Shown in pieces: positions 50,336-63,873 of a DNA stretch of 64,000 bases. Position numbers and translations under genes: made by a program. Position 1 is the first letter of the stretch, and the number at the start of each line of letters is the position of its first letter. The stretch is from Mobula hypostoma (lineage: Eukaryota), in NCBI RefSeq assembly GCF_963921235.1, contig NC_086118.1, positions 22,446,001-22,510,000 on the forward strand, read 5' to 3'. The notes under the pieces are model-generated. The model ran no database searches. It saw only the letters and a list, made by a program, of their open reading frames with translations, and had not been told where the DNA came from.

Positions 50336-51429
50336 TCTATGCAACCAAGATACATATCTAAGCTAGGCTCATTTGTCAGGTAAAGAAGTCTGTTGCCCTT
50401 AGAGATACCTCTTTAATCCATCACTGCAGACCCACCAATGTGATTGACTGTTAACTGCTTTCTAAAATTAACCACGCTGTCCAGGAGTAATCACATGGCC
50501 AATAAGTACAATCATGCCCAGTGTTTTCCATATCTTGTGAACAACTATATTAATAAGAATCTGGTATAAACCTCCTGTTCTTTAAAAGTGCTATTAGATT
50601 TTTTGTGCCCATCTGAAAAATTTCACTTCCAAACCATTTCCCAATTACCCCATTAAAGTATTAACTCAGATTATGTGCCAAAGACTCTGAGAACTGAGTG
50701 GGAGAAAAAAGCTTAATCGTGTAAAGAAGAAAGAGGTTGTTTGAGATCAGATCCATCTCCTCTGGCTTTTTTCCATTTAAAGAATTCAAGCTCTCTGCCT
50801 GAATCCGCAAGATGTAATTAAGCTGCTGCCAAACAGGAAGCCTCTGTTCGACCTTCACTGTTATAATACCCTAAGTGGGGGCGGGGGGTGGCCATTCAAT
50901 GTGACTTTGAGACTTTGGAAATTGACCCAAATGGAATTTTAGCCCCTTTGCATTTTTCTTTTCTGTGACTTTCTTTGGGATGAAACTCAGAAAGATGATG
51001 GGAACATTTGGTGAAATGAAAACATGAGTTCTGCAACGTACAGTGAGGTGCAGCAATTTATACTGGCCCATGTGTTACATTCAGCAGTGATTCGCAAAGC
51101 TTCCTGCTGATATTAAAGAAAGTTGAACTTAAACCATTAGCAATTTTTGATTAATCCTAGCAACTATGATGTCATCTAGGTGACTAGTTGGCCAATTTTA
51201 TTAAATCCTTCTCAGAGTGAATGCATCAGGAAGGAAAAAGTACCTAACATTTTAAACGTTCTGCAAAGTAGGAAATAATGTTTAGAAATATAAAGATATA
51301 TAAAAATTTTATTTTAGGAGCTGTAATATATTGTACTTACATAGTGTATCTGAAGCAATAAAGATTATGTGCATAAAACTGGTTCTTTAGATCCAAATAA
51401 TAATAAAGACTTAGTAAATCATTAATATC

Positions 51430-53581
51430 TTAAAGGATTGACGGTGGATATGCAATGGCAGGCATTTAAAGGTTGCATGGATGAACTACAACAATTGTTC
51501 ATCCCAGTTTGGCAAAAGAATAAATCAAGGAAGGTAGTGCACCCGTGGCTGACAAGAGAAATTAGGGATAGTATCAATTCCAAAGAAGTAGCATACAAAT
51601 TAGCCAGAGAAAGTGGCTCACCTGAGGACTGGGAGAAATTCAGAGTTCAGCAGAGGAGGACAAAGGGCTTAATTAGGAAGGGGAAAAAAGATTATGAGAG
51701 AAAACTGGCAGAGAACATAAAAACGGACTGTAAAAGCTTTTATAGATATGTAAAAAGGAAAAGACTGATAAAGACAAATGTAGGTCCCCTGCAAACAGAA
51801 ACAGGTGAATTGATTATGGGGAGCAAGGACATGGCAGACCAATTGAATAATTACTTTGGTTCTGTCTTCACTAAGGAGGACATAAATAATCTTCCAGAAA
51901 TTGTAAGGGACAGAGGGTCCAGTGAGATGGAGGAACTGAGCGAAATACATGTTAGTAGGGAAGTGGTGTTAGGTAAATTGAAGGGATTGAAGGCAGATAA
52001 ATCCCCAGGGCCAGATGGTCTGCATCCCAGAGTGCTTAAGGAAGTAGCCCAAGAAATAGTGGATGCATTAGTGATAATTTTTCAAAACTCGTTAGATTCT
52101 GGACTAGTTCCTGAGGATTGGAGGGTGGCTAATGTAACCCCACTTTTTAAAAAAGGAGGGAGAGAGAAACCGGGGAATTATAGGCCGGTTAGCCTAACGT
52201 CGGTGGTGGGGAAACTGCTGGAGTCAGTTATCAAGGATGTGATAACAGCACATTTGGAAAGCGGTGAAATGATTGGACAAAGTCAGCATGGATTTGTGAA
52301 AGGAAAATCATGTCTGACGAATCTCATAGAATTTTTTGAGGATGTAACTAGTAGAGTGGATAGGGGAGAACCAGTGGATGTGGTATATTTGGATTTTCAA
52401 AAGGCTTTTGACAAGGTCCCACACAGGAGATTAGTGTGCAAACTTAAAGCACATGGTATTGGGGGTAAGGTATTGGTGTGGGTGGAGAATTGGTTAGCAG
52501 ACAGGAAGTAAAGAGTGGGAATAAACGGGACCTTTTCAGAATGGCAGGCGGTGACTAGTGGGGTACCGCAAGGCTCAGTGCTGGGACCCCAGTTGTTTAC
52601 AATATATATTAATGACTTGGATGAGGGAATTAAATGCAGCATCTCCAAGTTTGCGGATGACACGAAGCTGGGTGGCAGTGTTAGCAGTGAGGAGGATGCT
52701 AAGAGGATGCAGGGTGACTTGGATAGGTTGGGTGAGTGGGCAAACTCATGGCAGATGCAATTTAATGTGGATAAATGTGAAGTTATCCACTTTGGTGGCA
52801 AAAATAGGAAAACAGATTATTATCTGAATGGTGGCCGATTAGGAAAAGGGGAGGTGCAACGAGACCTGGGTGTCATTATACACCAGTCATTGAAAGTGGG
52901 CATGCAGGTACAGCAGGCGGTGAAAAAGGCGAACGGTATGCTGGCATTTATAGCGAGAGGATTCGAGTACAGGAGCAGGGAGGTACTACTGCAGTTGTAC
53001 AAGGCCTTGGTGAGACCACACCTGGAGTATTGTGTGCAGTTTTGGTCCCCTAATCTGAGGAAAGACATCTTTGCCATAGAGGGAGTACAAAGAAGGTTCA
53101 CCAGATTGATTCCTGGGATGGCAGGTCTTTCATATGAAGAAAGACTGGATGAACTGGGCTTGTACTCGTTGGAATTTAGAAGATTGAGGGGGGATCTGAT
53201 TGAAACGTATAAGATCCTAAAGGGATTGGACAGGCTAGAAGCGGGAAGATTGTTCCCGATGTTGGGGAGGTCCAGAACGAGGGGTCACAGTTTGAGGATA
53301 GAGGGGAAGCCTTTTAGGACCGAGATTAGGAAAAACTTCTTCACACAGAGAGTGGTGAATCTGTGGAATTCTCTGCCACAGCAAACTGTTGAGGCCAGTT
53401 CATTAGCTATGTTTAAAAGGAAGTTAGATATGGACCTTGTGGCTACAGGGGTCAGGGGGTATGGAGGGAAGGCTGGGTTCTGAGTTGGATGATCAGCCAT
53501 GATCATAATAAATGGCGGTGCAGGCTCGAAGGGCCGAATGGCCTACTCCTGCACCTATTTTCTATGTTTCTATGTTTCTAT
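51430..53581 (+). mobile_element. Young CR1 LINE, 5'-truncated, RT intact apart from one stop
   Basis: ORFs 51438..52511 and 52515..53483 are in frame, split by one TAA (52509-11); SKFADD; (tttctatg)n tail; near-identical to the reverse complement of 39792-41950. Confidence 0.97.
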
Positions 53582-55249
53582 CTCATTTTTGTTTACATTC
53601 AAAGAATAATAGTATAAATTGTCCATTGGGATTTCTTCAGAAGTCATTAACCACATTGAAAAGGCTACAAAACTCTACTGCTTGAGGAAGAAAATAAAGC
53701 ATTGCCAAACACTTTGAGACTTCTATCTTCATTTCTGCATGTGTAGAAATCACAAGCTGGCTGCCAGTTTCAGTTGTAACAATGGCAAAAGTTCCTGTTG
53801 TCTATGTTGTTACAATTGGACAAGCCAGCTCAGTTATAGTTATGTTCTATGTTATCTGGATTTTTGCAAACTAAGCTTGGTCTTGAAAGAAGTTTAATCT
53901 TTTGTAAGTTAATCTGTTGGAAAAACATACCCAAACTTTCAATTCTATTAATAAGAGGCCATGATGATATCCAGGACAGCTTCTCTTTCACATGATAGTG
54001 TAAAGTTTGACCATTGTTTCCCACCTTCTTCATATAACCCTCTATCCACATTAAAGACCCACAGAAAACATTCTGCCAAAACCACAGACCAATCTGAAGA
54101 GAAGAGCTAGCACTGGACTGTTTCATCACTATGATAATAAACATATCTGTTTTGTCACTTAACTGATGACAGCTCTACATACCAATGGAAAATTAATTTA
54201 AGGTCACTGCAGGTTTTGAAAAATCATTTACTCCAGCAGAATAAACAGAATACCTTACTGGAGACTGAGTTCCATTCTATCTTTCACTGCCTGTAGCCTT
54301 TGAGTTGTGGGTCTTTCAAATATTGCCATGCACTTATCCTGAATGTAATCATCCCAGCCAATCAGCCACAATAGGTTTATTCTTGTGTCCGCTTTCGCAG
54401 CGACATTATGCATTATAAACAGAGGGAATGAGGCAGGACTAAAATGTATCAAAGTACAACAGAGAATATTGACTTTTAAAGCAAGTTATAATTCATTTAC
54501 AGGTGTATTTTAAATGTGCATGGTCAGTGCGAGCGCCAGTTGCTGCAGAGATGACATTCATGATCACCAGTTGCTATAGAGATGACATCTACTCTGGAAA
54601 TATTAGACAAATTCTTGCCTTAAGCTTTGAGTATGCAGTGCCCTTCTTCTTCCGTTGTATGATTTGAATAAAGGACCAGTATCATGAAAGCAATTGTAAT
54701 GCTAACTGCAGAAAGGATAACATTTCAGTAGATCAATTGCATCTTGAACACTGTGCTCTATTTCTCTGTCTTAACCCTGCCTGCGTAAGCTCTCTTAAAA
54801 GCAAAGCAGAATATGCTTTCTTATGATAGGCAAACCTTTCTCCATCTATTTAGTTTTGTTCTACAATTTTACACTTGGTTATTTTAATTATTTGCATGCT
54901 TACATATATGTCAAACCCATCACTAGAACACAGTTTTGTGACCATAGATTGAGGGTCTCATGCTGAGCAGAACAGTAATTAAACATTCTTCAATTCTGGC
55001 TCAGCTTCACGAGTTTGATAAACATCAACACATTTCTAATAACCAAGCCTATCACTCATTCGTGTTTTATTTTATGGTATAATTGTAATTTATTATCACC
55101 GATTGCTGAACTATAATCTGCTTATAATCAGCCAAATTCCCAGGTGATCAAAGCCATGCAGTCAACAAAAAAAAAGTGTATATTAAATGCTAATCCTTGA
55201 ATTTGAAATTTTTACATTTAGTTGTCATTTGTGTCAGTATTTGAAATAG

Positions 55250-55860
55250 CTCAGAATCAGAATCAGGTTTAATATCACCAGCATATGTCATGAAAATTTG
55301 TTTTTGCTTCAGTAGTACTAAGCAATGTATAATAATAAAAACGTATATGCTTGCTGTAATTCACTGTTTATAGATACATTAAATAAGTAGTGCGAAAAAG
55401 TAGAGAGGTAGTGTTCATGGGTTCAACATTCAGAAATCTAATGGCCGAGGGGGAGAAGCTGTTTTCAAAGTGTTGAGTGCATGCTGTCAGGCTCCTGTAC
55501 CTCCTCGCCGATGGTAGCTCCTTAATGATGGATACCGCCTTTTTTTCAGACTTTGCTCCTTGAAGATGTCCTGGATGCTACAGAGGCTAGTGGCCATGAT
55601 GGCGCTGCCCGAGATCACAACTTTCTGCAGCTTCTTTTGATCCTGTGCAGTAGCAGCACCCCACCCCACCTAATACCAGATGGTGATGCAGCCAGTTAGA
55701 ATGTACCCCACAGTACTACTGTAGAAATTTGCCTTTGGTGACATACCACATCTCCTCAAACTCCTCATAAAATATAGCCACTGCTGTGCGTTCCTTGTAA
55801 CTGTATTGAAATGTTGGCCCCAATATAGATCCTCAGAGATCCTGACACTGATGAACTTGA
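55250..55860 (-). mobile_element. Rex1/Babar-like LINE 3' fragment
   Basis: tcagaatcagaatcagg tail; TAQDQKKLQKVV (ORF 55487..55669); homologous to 58243-58890. Confidence 0.8.
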
Positions 55861-56541
55861 TTTTGCTCTCATTATTAGGTACATGTTTTCCCTAACGTAG
55901 AGTGCAGGCAGTCAGCCCAATATGACAATTGGAATTAAACAAAATAAAGTCACTCATATATTAACTTAAGTTAATCATAATGCATTTTAGCTGAGAGCAA
56001 GAGAATTAGTGCATAGTGTTCAAGTATTTCATAAACAAATTCTGAAGTTATAAAGCACGTTTAAAGCACTAGTTCAAGGTTTGCAGATAACCTGATGCAA
56101 AGTGATCTTTATGCATTGTAGAATAATGGATGACGTAGCTTGCTAACTTTTGGAACTGACCACCTGGAACATCTTGACCAATTGAAAATGAACAATCCAG
56201 ATGAGAAACCAAAGAATGCAGAGCAGCATCTTACAATATCGAGAATTTGACCTGGCAGCCATTGCATATACTGTACATTTGAAAAGAGTCAAACTGGAAA
56301 GAATTCTTATCCATACTGGCCTACATTTGTATCAGTAGTAAAGTATATCTCATTTCCTGAAGTTAGTCAGGAAAGTGCCTTTTAGTGGGAACCACATTGT
56401 CAGCAGAAACTGAAAGCTTTTGCTTATGTTAAGCTACTTCCCAACATTTGTCTATTGTGCTCACATTGACATGTATTCTCTCAACTTGACTTGTTGATAC
56501 CAGGATCAAATCAGCATCAGGGTTCAATTGTCATTCTACAG

Positions 56542-56618
56542 CAGGGGTTCCCAACCTTTTTAAGCCATGAACTCTATCATTACCTCAGAGGACTGTGGAT
56601 CCAGGTTGGGAACCCCTG
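56542..56618. mobile_element. 77-bp hAT (Buster/Charlie-type) MITE
   Basis: Perfect 16-bp TIRs caggggttcccaacct / aggttgggaacccctg; perfect 8-bp TSD ttcTAcag (56534-41, 56619-26). Confidence 0.93.
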
Positions 56619-56623
56619 TTCTA

Positions 56624-56667
56624 CAGTGACTAGCTTGCCATGATCAGTCATGGCAAGCTGGTCACTG
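56624..56667. repeat. Near-perfect inverted repeat, 20-bp arms, 4-nt loop
   Basis: cagtgactagcttgccatga-tcag-tcatggcaagctggtcactg, one mismatch. Confidence 0.85.
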
Positions 56668-57727
56668 CGAGATCTCTTGGTGTTCTCCGATTTTTCTTGA
56701 AAAGGGAAAAAAAACATTCAATTAAGATCAGTATTTTAACTTAAACTAAGAGATTTATTTATAGATTGAATGCATGGTAGCAGTTAGGCTGTAGATTACA
56801 TCCCTTATAAGAATTGTTGACAAGCAATAAGGAGCCCAAAGCCCTCTTAATCTCCAACCCCACTCCCTTACCCCTAGAAGAGCTAGAGAGATCCCTAGAC
56901 CACCTGACAATCAAGTCTCTACTGACTAACTGCTAGTCAAAGGCCAAGATGTCTGTATTGTTCTCTGTGGAACAATGAACCCTATAACCTGCAACTGCTT
57001 CGTAGTGGAGCTGATGATTATTATTGCACTGCGCTGCTGCCAGTCATTAATGGAAAAGAGGGATGTACATCTAACTGAAACTTCGTCATCATGATAGGAA
57101 GCCATCCTTTTAATCCACAGGCTAGAATTTATTTAAATTTTACATCTATCCCACAATGTGAGGGAGTAGAAATCTTTTGCGTTATAATTCCTTTGCAATG
57201 TACAGACACGTGAATTTAAAAGACTAATGGCTTGTCCCATAGCCATTTGGTCCTGACTTTAATGTTGCAGTAGCATTTGCCAGACGGCAAACTAATTTTT
57301 GCTATTAAGTCAAAGCAATATCGCAAATATTTGTATAGTTTAAAAGTTAAAATAGGATATACTTTTGAAGCTGTTCAGAAGCATAACCATCAGAAAAAGT
57401 GCTTCGGACATATTCACATCTGGCATGTTGGATGTCCTCTCTCTGACCCTGTGTAGTTGTCATCTCGTGTCTCAAACATCCAGAATGAAATGAACTAATT
57501 ATAGACAAAACTCACCTTACTGTCATCATTCGTGTCACCAGAATTCAACTTTGAAGCAAAAAATAAGCAATCATGCTGATATTAATCAAGCTAATATTTA
57601 CAGATGTGAAGCAAAGGATTACAGACTATGGGAGGGTGTATTTGTCTCACTGGCATTCAGTTACAAAGCACTGGCATGTCAGGGGTGAGGGCCTATTGCC
57701 GCAATGGATAGCATCGATCATTTTCAT

Positions 57728-58017
57728 AAGGGACAACATAGTAGTAGTGTAGAGGTTGGTGCGACGCAATTCCACAGTTCGGAGTTGAATTCCAGTGCTG
57801 TTCTGTAAGGAATCTCTGTACGTCCTCCCCATGGAATGACTGGGCTTTCCCCAGCTCCTCCCACAGTCCAAAGATGTACCGGGTAGGCTCATTGGTCATT
57901 GAAAATTGTCCAGTGATTAGGTTAGGGTTCATCGGGGTTGTGGAGCTGCTGGGGCAAAATGGCTTGAAGGGTCGGAAGAACCTACTCGCGCTATATCGCT
58001 AAATAAAATAAAATAAT
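57728..58017 (+). mobile_element. V-SINE (HE1-like)
   Basis: Decayed tRNA-like head (gagttgaattcc B-box-like), V-domain tgtacgtcctcccc...ctcccacagtccaaagatgtac, (taaaa)n tail. Confidence 0.75.
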
Positions 58018-58242
58018 ACAGCACTAAACCGTTAATTGGACGTGGGACCTTGAAATGGGGGGGAGAACGTTTTGGGAACACGCAGGTGTAATTTCATACA
58101 TAACACAGATTTTACAGTATAAGAGGTGGATATTGGCTCAGTTAATTAGCTTGATAAAGCCATTACATAATTTATCCCAATTAGTTTTACTGTCATCTAC
58201 AGACCTCTGTCCTAGAGTATAAAAACTGTAATCCATTTACTT

Positions 58243-58890
58243 CTGAATCAGAAGCAGGTTTAGTATCACTGGCATATTCCATAAAATTTGTTGTTTTGCT
58301 ACAGCAGTACATTGCAATACTTAGTAATTAAAAAACTGCAGATTACAACAAAATATATATATATAAAGTTAAATTAAATAAGTAGTGCAAAAAGAGAACA
58401 AAAAAAAGAAAAACATAGTGAGATATTGTACATGGGTTCATTGGCCATTTAGAAAATTGATGGTGGAAGGGAAGAAGCTGTTCCTGAAACATTGAGTGTG
58501 TGTCCAAGAGGTTCCTGTACCTCTTCCTTGATAGCAACAATGAGAAGAGAGCATGTCCTGGGTGATGGGAGTCCTTAATGATGGATGCTGGCTTTTAAAA
58601 GCATTACCGTTTGAAAACGTCCTCAATTCTGGGGAGGCTAGTGCCCATGATGGTGCTGACTGAGTCCTCAACTTCCTGCAGCTTTTTCTGATCCTGTGCA
58701 GTGGCCCCTCCATACCAGACGGTAATGCAGCCTGCTAGAAATCTGCAAGAGTCATACCAAGTCTCCTCAAACACCGAATGAAATATAGTCACTGTTGTGC
58801 CTTCTTCGTAATTGTATCAATCTGTATTGATCTTCAGAGATGTTGACAGCCAGGGACATAAAACTGTTCACCCTTTCCATTGCTGATCTG
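58243..58890 (-). mobile_element. Rex1/Babar-like LINE 3' fragment
   Basis: LAGCITVWYGGATAQDQKKLQEV; FRNSFFPSTINFLN; ctgaatcagaagcagg tail. Confidence 0.85.
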
Positions 58891-59298
58891 TGCTTTGCAT
58901 TTGTAATCATCGAGATTGCAGAAGCCAAACTTGATTGTGATCATGTATGGAAATAAGAATACATAAGTAAAGTATTAAAATATTGCACAATTAAACAGTT
59001 TTATTTTTATCAGGCTCAGAGAAAGTGAATGCAACTATTGACCACTTACACGCCTATTTTTCAATTCATGGATTTGCCTAAGCTTGCTGCTTGGTTGTCC
59101 TTGCCATACACTGTTGTGTGTGCAGCAGTTATAGAACAACTACAAGATCTGCTAGCTTTCCGCACCACACCACACCATCTCACCCTCACTGGGCACTTGG
59201 AGGGGTCAAAACTGTTAGTGGGACCTGGGAAATTTGCATGCCTGTGAAATTGATTGTCATTATATAACACTTAGAGTGTAGAAGAGAGGTTCATTCAT

Positions 59299-59343
59299 TG
59301 AAGGTGAATTATAGTACTCAGGATGTCCTATAATTCACCTTCA
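59299..59343. repeat. Perfect 16-bp inverted repeat, 13-nt loop
   Basis: tgaaggtgaattatag (59299-314) / ctataattcaccttca (59328-343). Confidence 0.85.
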
Positions 59344-61644
59344 CTACCAGGAATTGATCAACACACTCTAGGGCAGACAGTACCCATTAGGACATGCCAG
59401 AGTTAGGGTGAGTGTTCTTGGGACAAACAAGGAAAAGACAATTCTTTGAAAATTCCAATGAACCCTTCAGAAGGCTACCTTAATTTTGCAAAGGCATTGT
59501 TGAAAACTCGTTGAAAAATACACATTCTTTCCATTCCCACATGTACTGAATGACGTAGATATTTCTAATATTTTGTTTGCAGAATATACTTTAATGTTGG
59601 GTTTCATATATCATTGTGATAATATTATGCACACAAATTTAACGAATAATCAGATGACCTCACACACCAAACATTTCTCATGCAATTAATTCCTCCTGTT
59701 TGCTGCTTGAAATAAACACACATTTTGCAAGGAAAGCGTTATGAATGGGGTTGGGTGGGGGTGTGAATAATTTTATTGAAGGGTGTAGTGAAAAACCCTC
59801 ACTTTACAACAGAATATTTTTCAGAAGGCTAACCTTTGAGAAAATGAGTGTAAGACTATTTACAATTACTTCTTGTCAATAATGCCTGTGTGCTTATATA
59901 CGAAATGAAAACTGGCCTAAAGTGTAATGAAGACTATCCTTTATGTCAATGAGATAGTGTTTTTTCCTATACATTTAAACTCTACTTATTTACCATCATT
60001 TCTGTTTTCAATAAATGGAAACGGTATTACTATCATTTAACCATTCAAGCAGCTGTAATTCAGTCTTAGTAACATTATCATACCTAATGTGTTCTATAAA
60101 ATAGACTGGAGAAAATGTCTTCTGTATTCATCAATATGTTGCATATATTAAATTTCCTATGAATTTTTGCAATTTATGTTTTCTTCCTGTATTTCAATTA
60201 ATAGATAATCATGTTACATTATTTTACCTCTTATGGAAATACATTTTGGCGGTAATCACTTTAATTTATTCCACCTGGTAAACATGTGTTGTTATGCAAA
60301 GGTTAGTGCTTTGCATGTCAGCTTCTGTCTAACCTGGTGCCTGATTGTCCTTGAAGTGTCCCCTGGCATTTCTTTAAATGAAGCAATAAGAAACGTCATT
60401 AAAAAGTAATGTTCTTCTCATTCTGTAGATAAATTGGCAGCAACTCCAGTCTTCAATGGTAAAATGTCATGTTTGCAGCTGCTTTCCTATCTTGATGTAC
60501 AGAAATGTAACTCCATGTTCTCAGATGGGCAGTATCCAATTTAGTTTTTAATTCAGAGCTTTTGATACTCCTGATGCATTATACTAAATGAGTGTTGTAT
60601 AAAAAGCCTTCTGATGAGGTTCAAGATGAAACCTAGGACTCTCATCATCCTCTAGAAGTTAATTAGTTCCAAGTTATGTTTGGTTTGTAATATTTATTTC
60701 TATTCTTAATGCTTTTTTTCCACAGTGTAAAGGGGGCTCTGAGGAATTGCTGAATACCACTCATGTAGGTGAATTTTCAAAATAGTCTAGACTTTACTCA
60801 AAGACCATCGGCATTCACTGATGTGTCTGTCTGTCTGTCTAGGTACCATATCCGATGCAGACTTTGGTGACCATAGTTTTCCGTATAGACCTATCTTTCA
60901 TTTTTTTTACACTGAGGAAATGGAAGTCATCCAAAAAAACAAAGGATGGATCTATATTCACTGATACAGTGGAAGAAATCTGTTACAGTTTCCGGAGTGG
61001 ATATATGCACTGTTAAAGTCTGAAATTGCCATCACTGACTCCTTGCTACTCTAAAAGGGCAGAGATGTGTAGTCACTCAGGTAGCTAATGGCGAGTCTGT
61101 AGATTCTCAGAATCTTCAACGATTTATCCTCTACTCTGGCTATAAATAACCAATAACAATACTGCATATACTGAATGAGGCTAGTTAACTTTGTAATCTC
61201 ATGCTATAACAATACTGTCCTGAAAACTCATTTTGTTTGTGGGCATTCTCACTTCCAAAGAATAGTCACTGTTAAATCTCTTAGGTTTCAAAATACAATA
61301 TTATTTTTAATTTATTTATGGTACTTCAGCTTCTAGTTTAACGCAAATACTTTCTCCAAACTTCATTTTGCTCTCTCTATCATTGTTTTAAACTTTAATA
61401 ATACTGAGTTCCTGCTTTGTTGTATTTAAAAGTTTTTAATCTGACCTCCAGCTGCCATTGGACAATGAACAGCTGCTATCATTACATGGTTGAACTCCAG
61501 ACACTAGTGTGGAGCCTTCTCAATGTTCTGGAAGAACGTTGGGCAACAATATCATATTGACAGCCTATGGAGTACCAAGAACTGGAGATAAAAAAAAACA
61601 TATACATGCAACACTGACTTTGTTAAAGTTGTTATTATTTTCTT

Positions 61645-63835
61645 ATTTGAGAAGGAGAAAGGTAAAGGTAGATGTATCAGTATTACAGTGGAGTAAAGGA
61701 AATTACAGAGACATGAGAGAGGAGTTAGCCAGAATTGATTGGAAAAGAACACAGGCAGAGATGACAGCAGAGTAGCACTGGCTGGAATTTCTGGAAGCAA
61801 TTTGGAAGGCACAGGATATATACATCTCAAAGAGGAAGAAGTATTCTAAAGGCAAGATAACATAACCATTGGCTACAAAGGAAGTCAAAGCCAACATGAA
61901 AGTAAAAGAGAGGGCATAGTGGGAAATTAGAGGATTGGGAGGCCTTTAAAAGCCAATAGAAAGCAACTAAAAAGTGAGAAGGTCATTGAGAAGGTTAAGA
62001 TAGATCATGAAAGTAAGCTAGCCAATAATATTAAAGAAAATGCCAAAAGTTTCTTCAGATACATAAAGTGTAAAAGAGAGGCAAGAGCGAATAATCGGAC
62101 TGCTGGAAAACAATGCTGGAGAGGTAGTAATGAGGGAACAAGGAAATGGCGACAAACTGAATAAGTACTTGCATCTTCAACGTGGAAGACACCAGCAGTA
62201 TGGTGAAAGTTCCAAGTGTCAGGTGTCATGTAGTGTGTGAAATTACCATTATTAGGGAGAAGATTCTTGGGAAACTGAAAAGTCTGAAAGTTGATAAGTC
62301 ACCTGGAAAAGATGGTATACACCCCAGAGTTTTGAAGAGGTGGCTGCAAAGTTGATGGAGGCATTAATAATGATCTTTCAAGAATCACTAGATTCTGGAA
62401 TGGTTCCGGAAGACAGGAAAATTGCAAATGTCACTCCACACTTAAAGAAGGGAGAGGGGTAGAAGAAAGGAAACTAAAGTCATGTTAATCAGACAGTGTT
62501 TGGGAAGATGTTGGGGCTGGTTGTTAAGAATGTGGATTTAGGGTGCCTGGAGGCACATGATAAAATAGGCATGGTTTCCTCCAGGAAAAATCTTGCCTGA
62601 CAAATCTGCTGGAATTCTTTGAAGAAAGAGCAAGCAAGAAGGACAAAGGAGAATTGGTTGATGTTGTGTACTTGGATTATAAGAAGGTCTTTGACAAAGT
62701 GACACAAATGAGGCTGCTTAACAATCTATGAGCCCATGGTATTACAGGAAAGATTCCAGCTTGGATATATCAGTGGCTACTTGGCAGGAGGTAAAGAGTG
62801 GGAATAAAGGGAGCATTTTCTGGTTGGCTGCCAGTGACTAGTGGTGCTCCATAGCATTCTGTGTTGGGACATTTTCTTTTTATGTTATATGTCAGTAATT
62901 TGGATGATGGAATTGATATTTTTGTTGCAAAGTTTACGAACAAAATGAGGATAGATGGTGGGGCAGATAGTTTTCAGGAAACAGAGCAGCTACAGAAGGA
63001 CTTAGACAGATTAGGAGAATGGGCAAAGAAGTGGCAGACAGAATACAATGTTAGGAAGTATATGGTCATGCAATTTGGTAGAAGAAATGAAAGGGTTAAC
63101 TTTTTCCTAAATGGAAAGAAAATACAAAAATATGAAGCACAAAGGGATTTGGGAGTCCTTGTGCAGGATTCCGAAAGGTTAATTTGCAGGTTGAGTGATG
63201 TTGGCATTCGTTTCAAGAGGACTACAATATAAAAACAAGGATATAATGTTGAGACTTTATAAAGCACTGGTGAGGCCTCACTTGGAGTATTGTGAGTAGT
63301 TTTGGGCCTCTTATCTTAGAAAGGAGGTGCTGGAACTGGAGAGGGTTCAAAGGTGGTTCATGAAAATGATACCAGGGTTAAAAGGCTTGTCACATGAAGA
63401 TCGTTTGATGCCTCTTGGCTTGCATTCACTGGAATTCAGAAGAATGGGGGGTGACTTCATTGAAACATATTGAATGGTGAAAGGTCTTGATAGAGTGGAT
63501 GTGGAGAGGATGTTTCCTATGGCAGGCGAGTGTCTAAGACCAGAGGATACAGAGAAGCATAATTTTAGAATTGAGATAAGGAGGAATTTCTTTAGCCAGA
63601 TTGTAGTAAATCTGTGGAATTCATTGCCACAGGCAGCTGCGGAGGCCAAGTCCATATGAATTTTTAAGGCAGAGGTTAATAGATTCATGATTATCAAGGT
63701 ATGAAGGGAATCAGGGAGAAGGCATGAAATTGGGGCTGAGAGGAAAAATGAATCAGTCGTCATGAAATGGTGGAAAAACTCAATGAGCCAAATGGCCTAA
63801 TACAGTTCCCTTATCTTATGGTCTTATGATCTTAT
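61645..63835 (+). mobile_element. CR1 LINE, 5'-truncated, degenerate; related to the 34365-42989 host
   Basis: WSKGNYRDMREELARIDW; AKFTN..LQKDLDRLGEWAKKWQ; RRNFFSQIVVNLWNSLP; cttatggtcttatgatcttat tail. Confidence 0.92.
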
Positions 63836-63873
63836 TCTACTTTGTTGTTGTTGGGTAAAAGCACCTGAGTCTA

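Noticed and set aside
57728..57800. tRNA gene
   Set aside because: Decayed SINE head; no cloverleaf can be formed.
59029..59270. 72-aa and 69-aa opposing ORFs near a candidate acceptor
   Set aside because: No homology or donor support visible.
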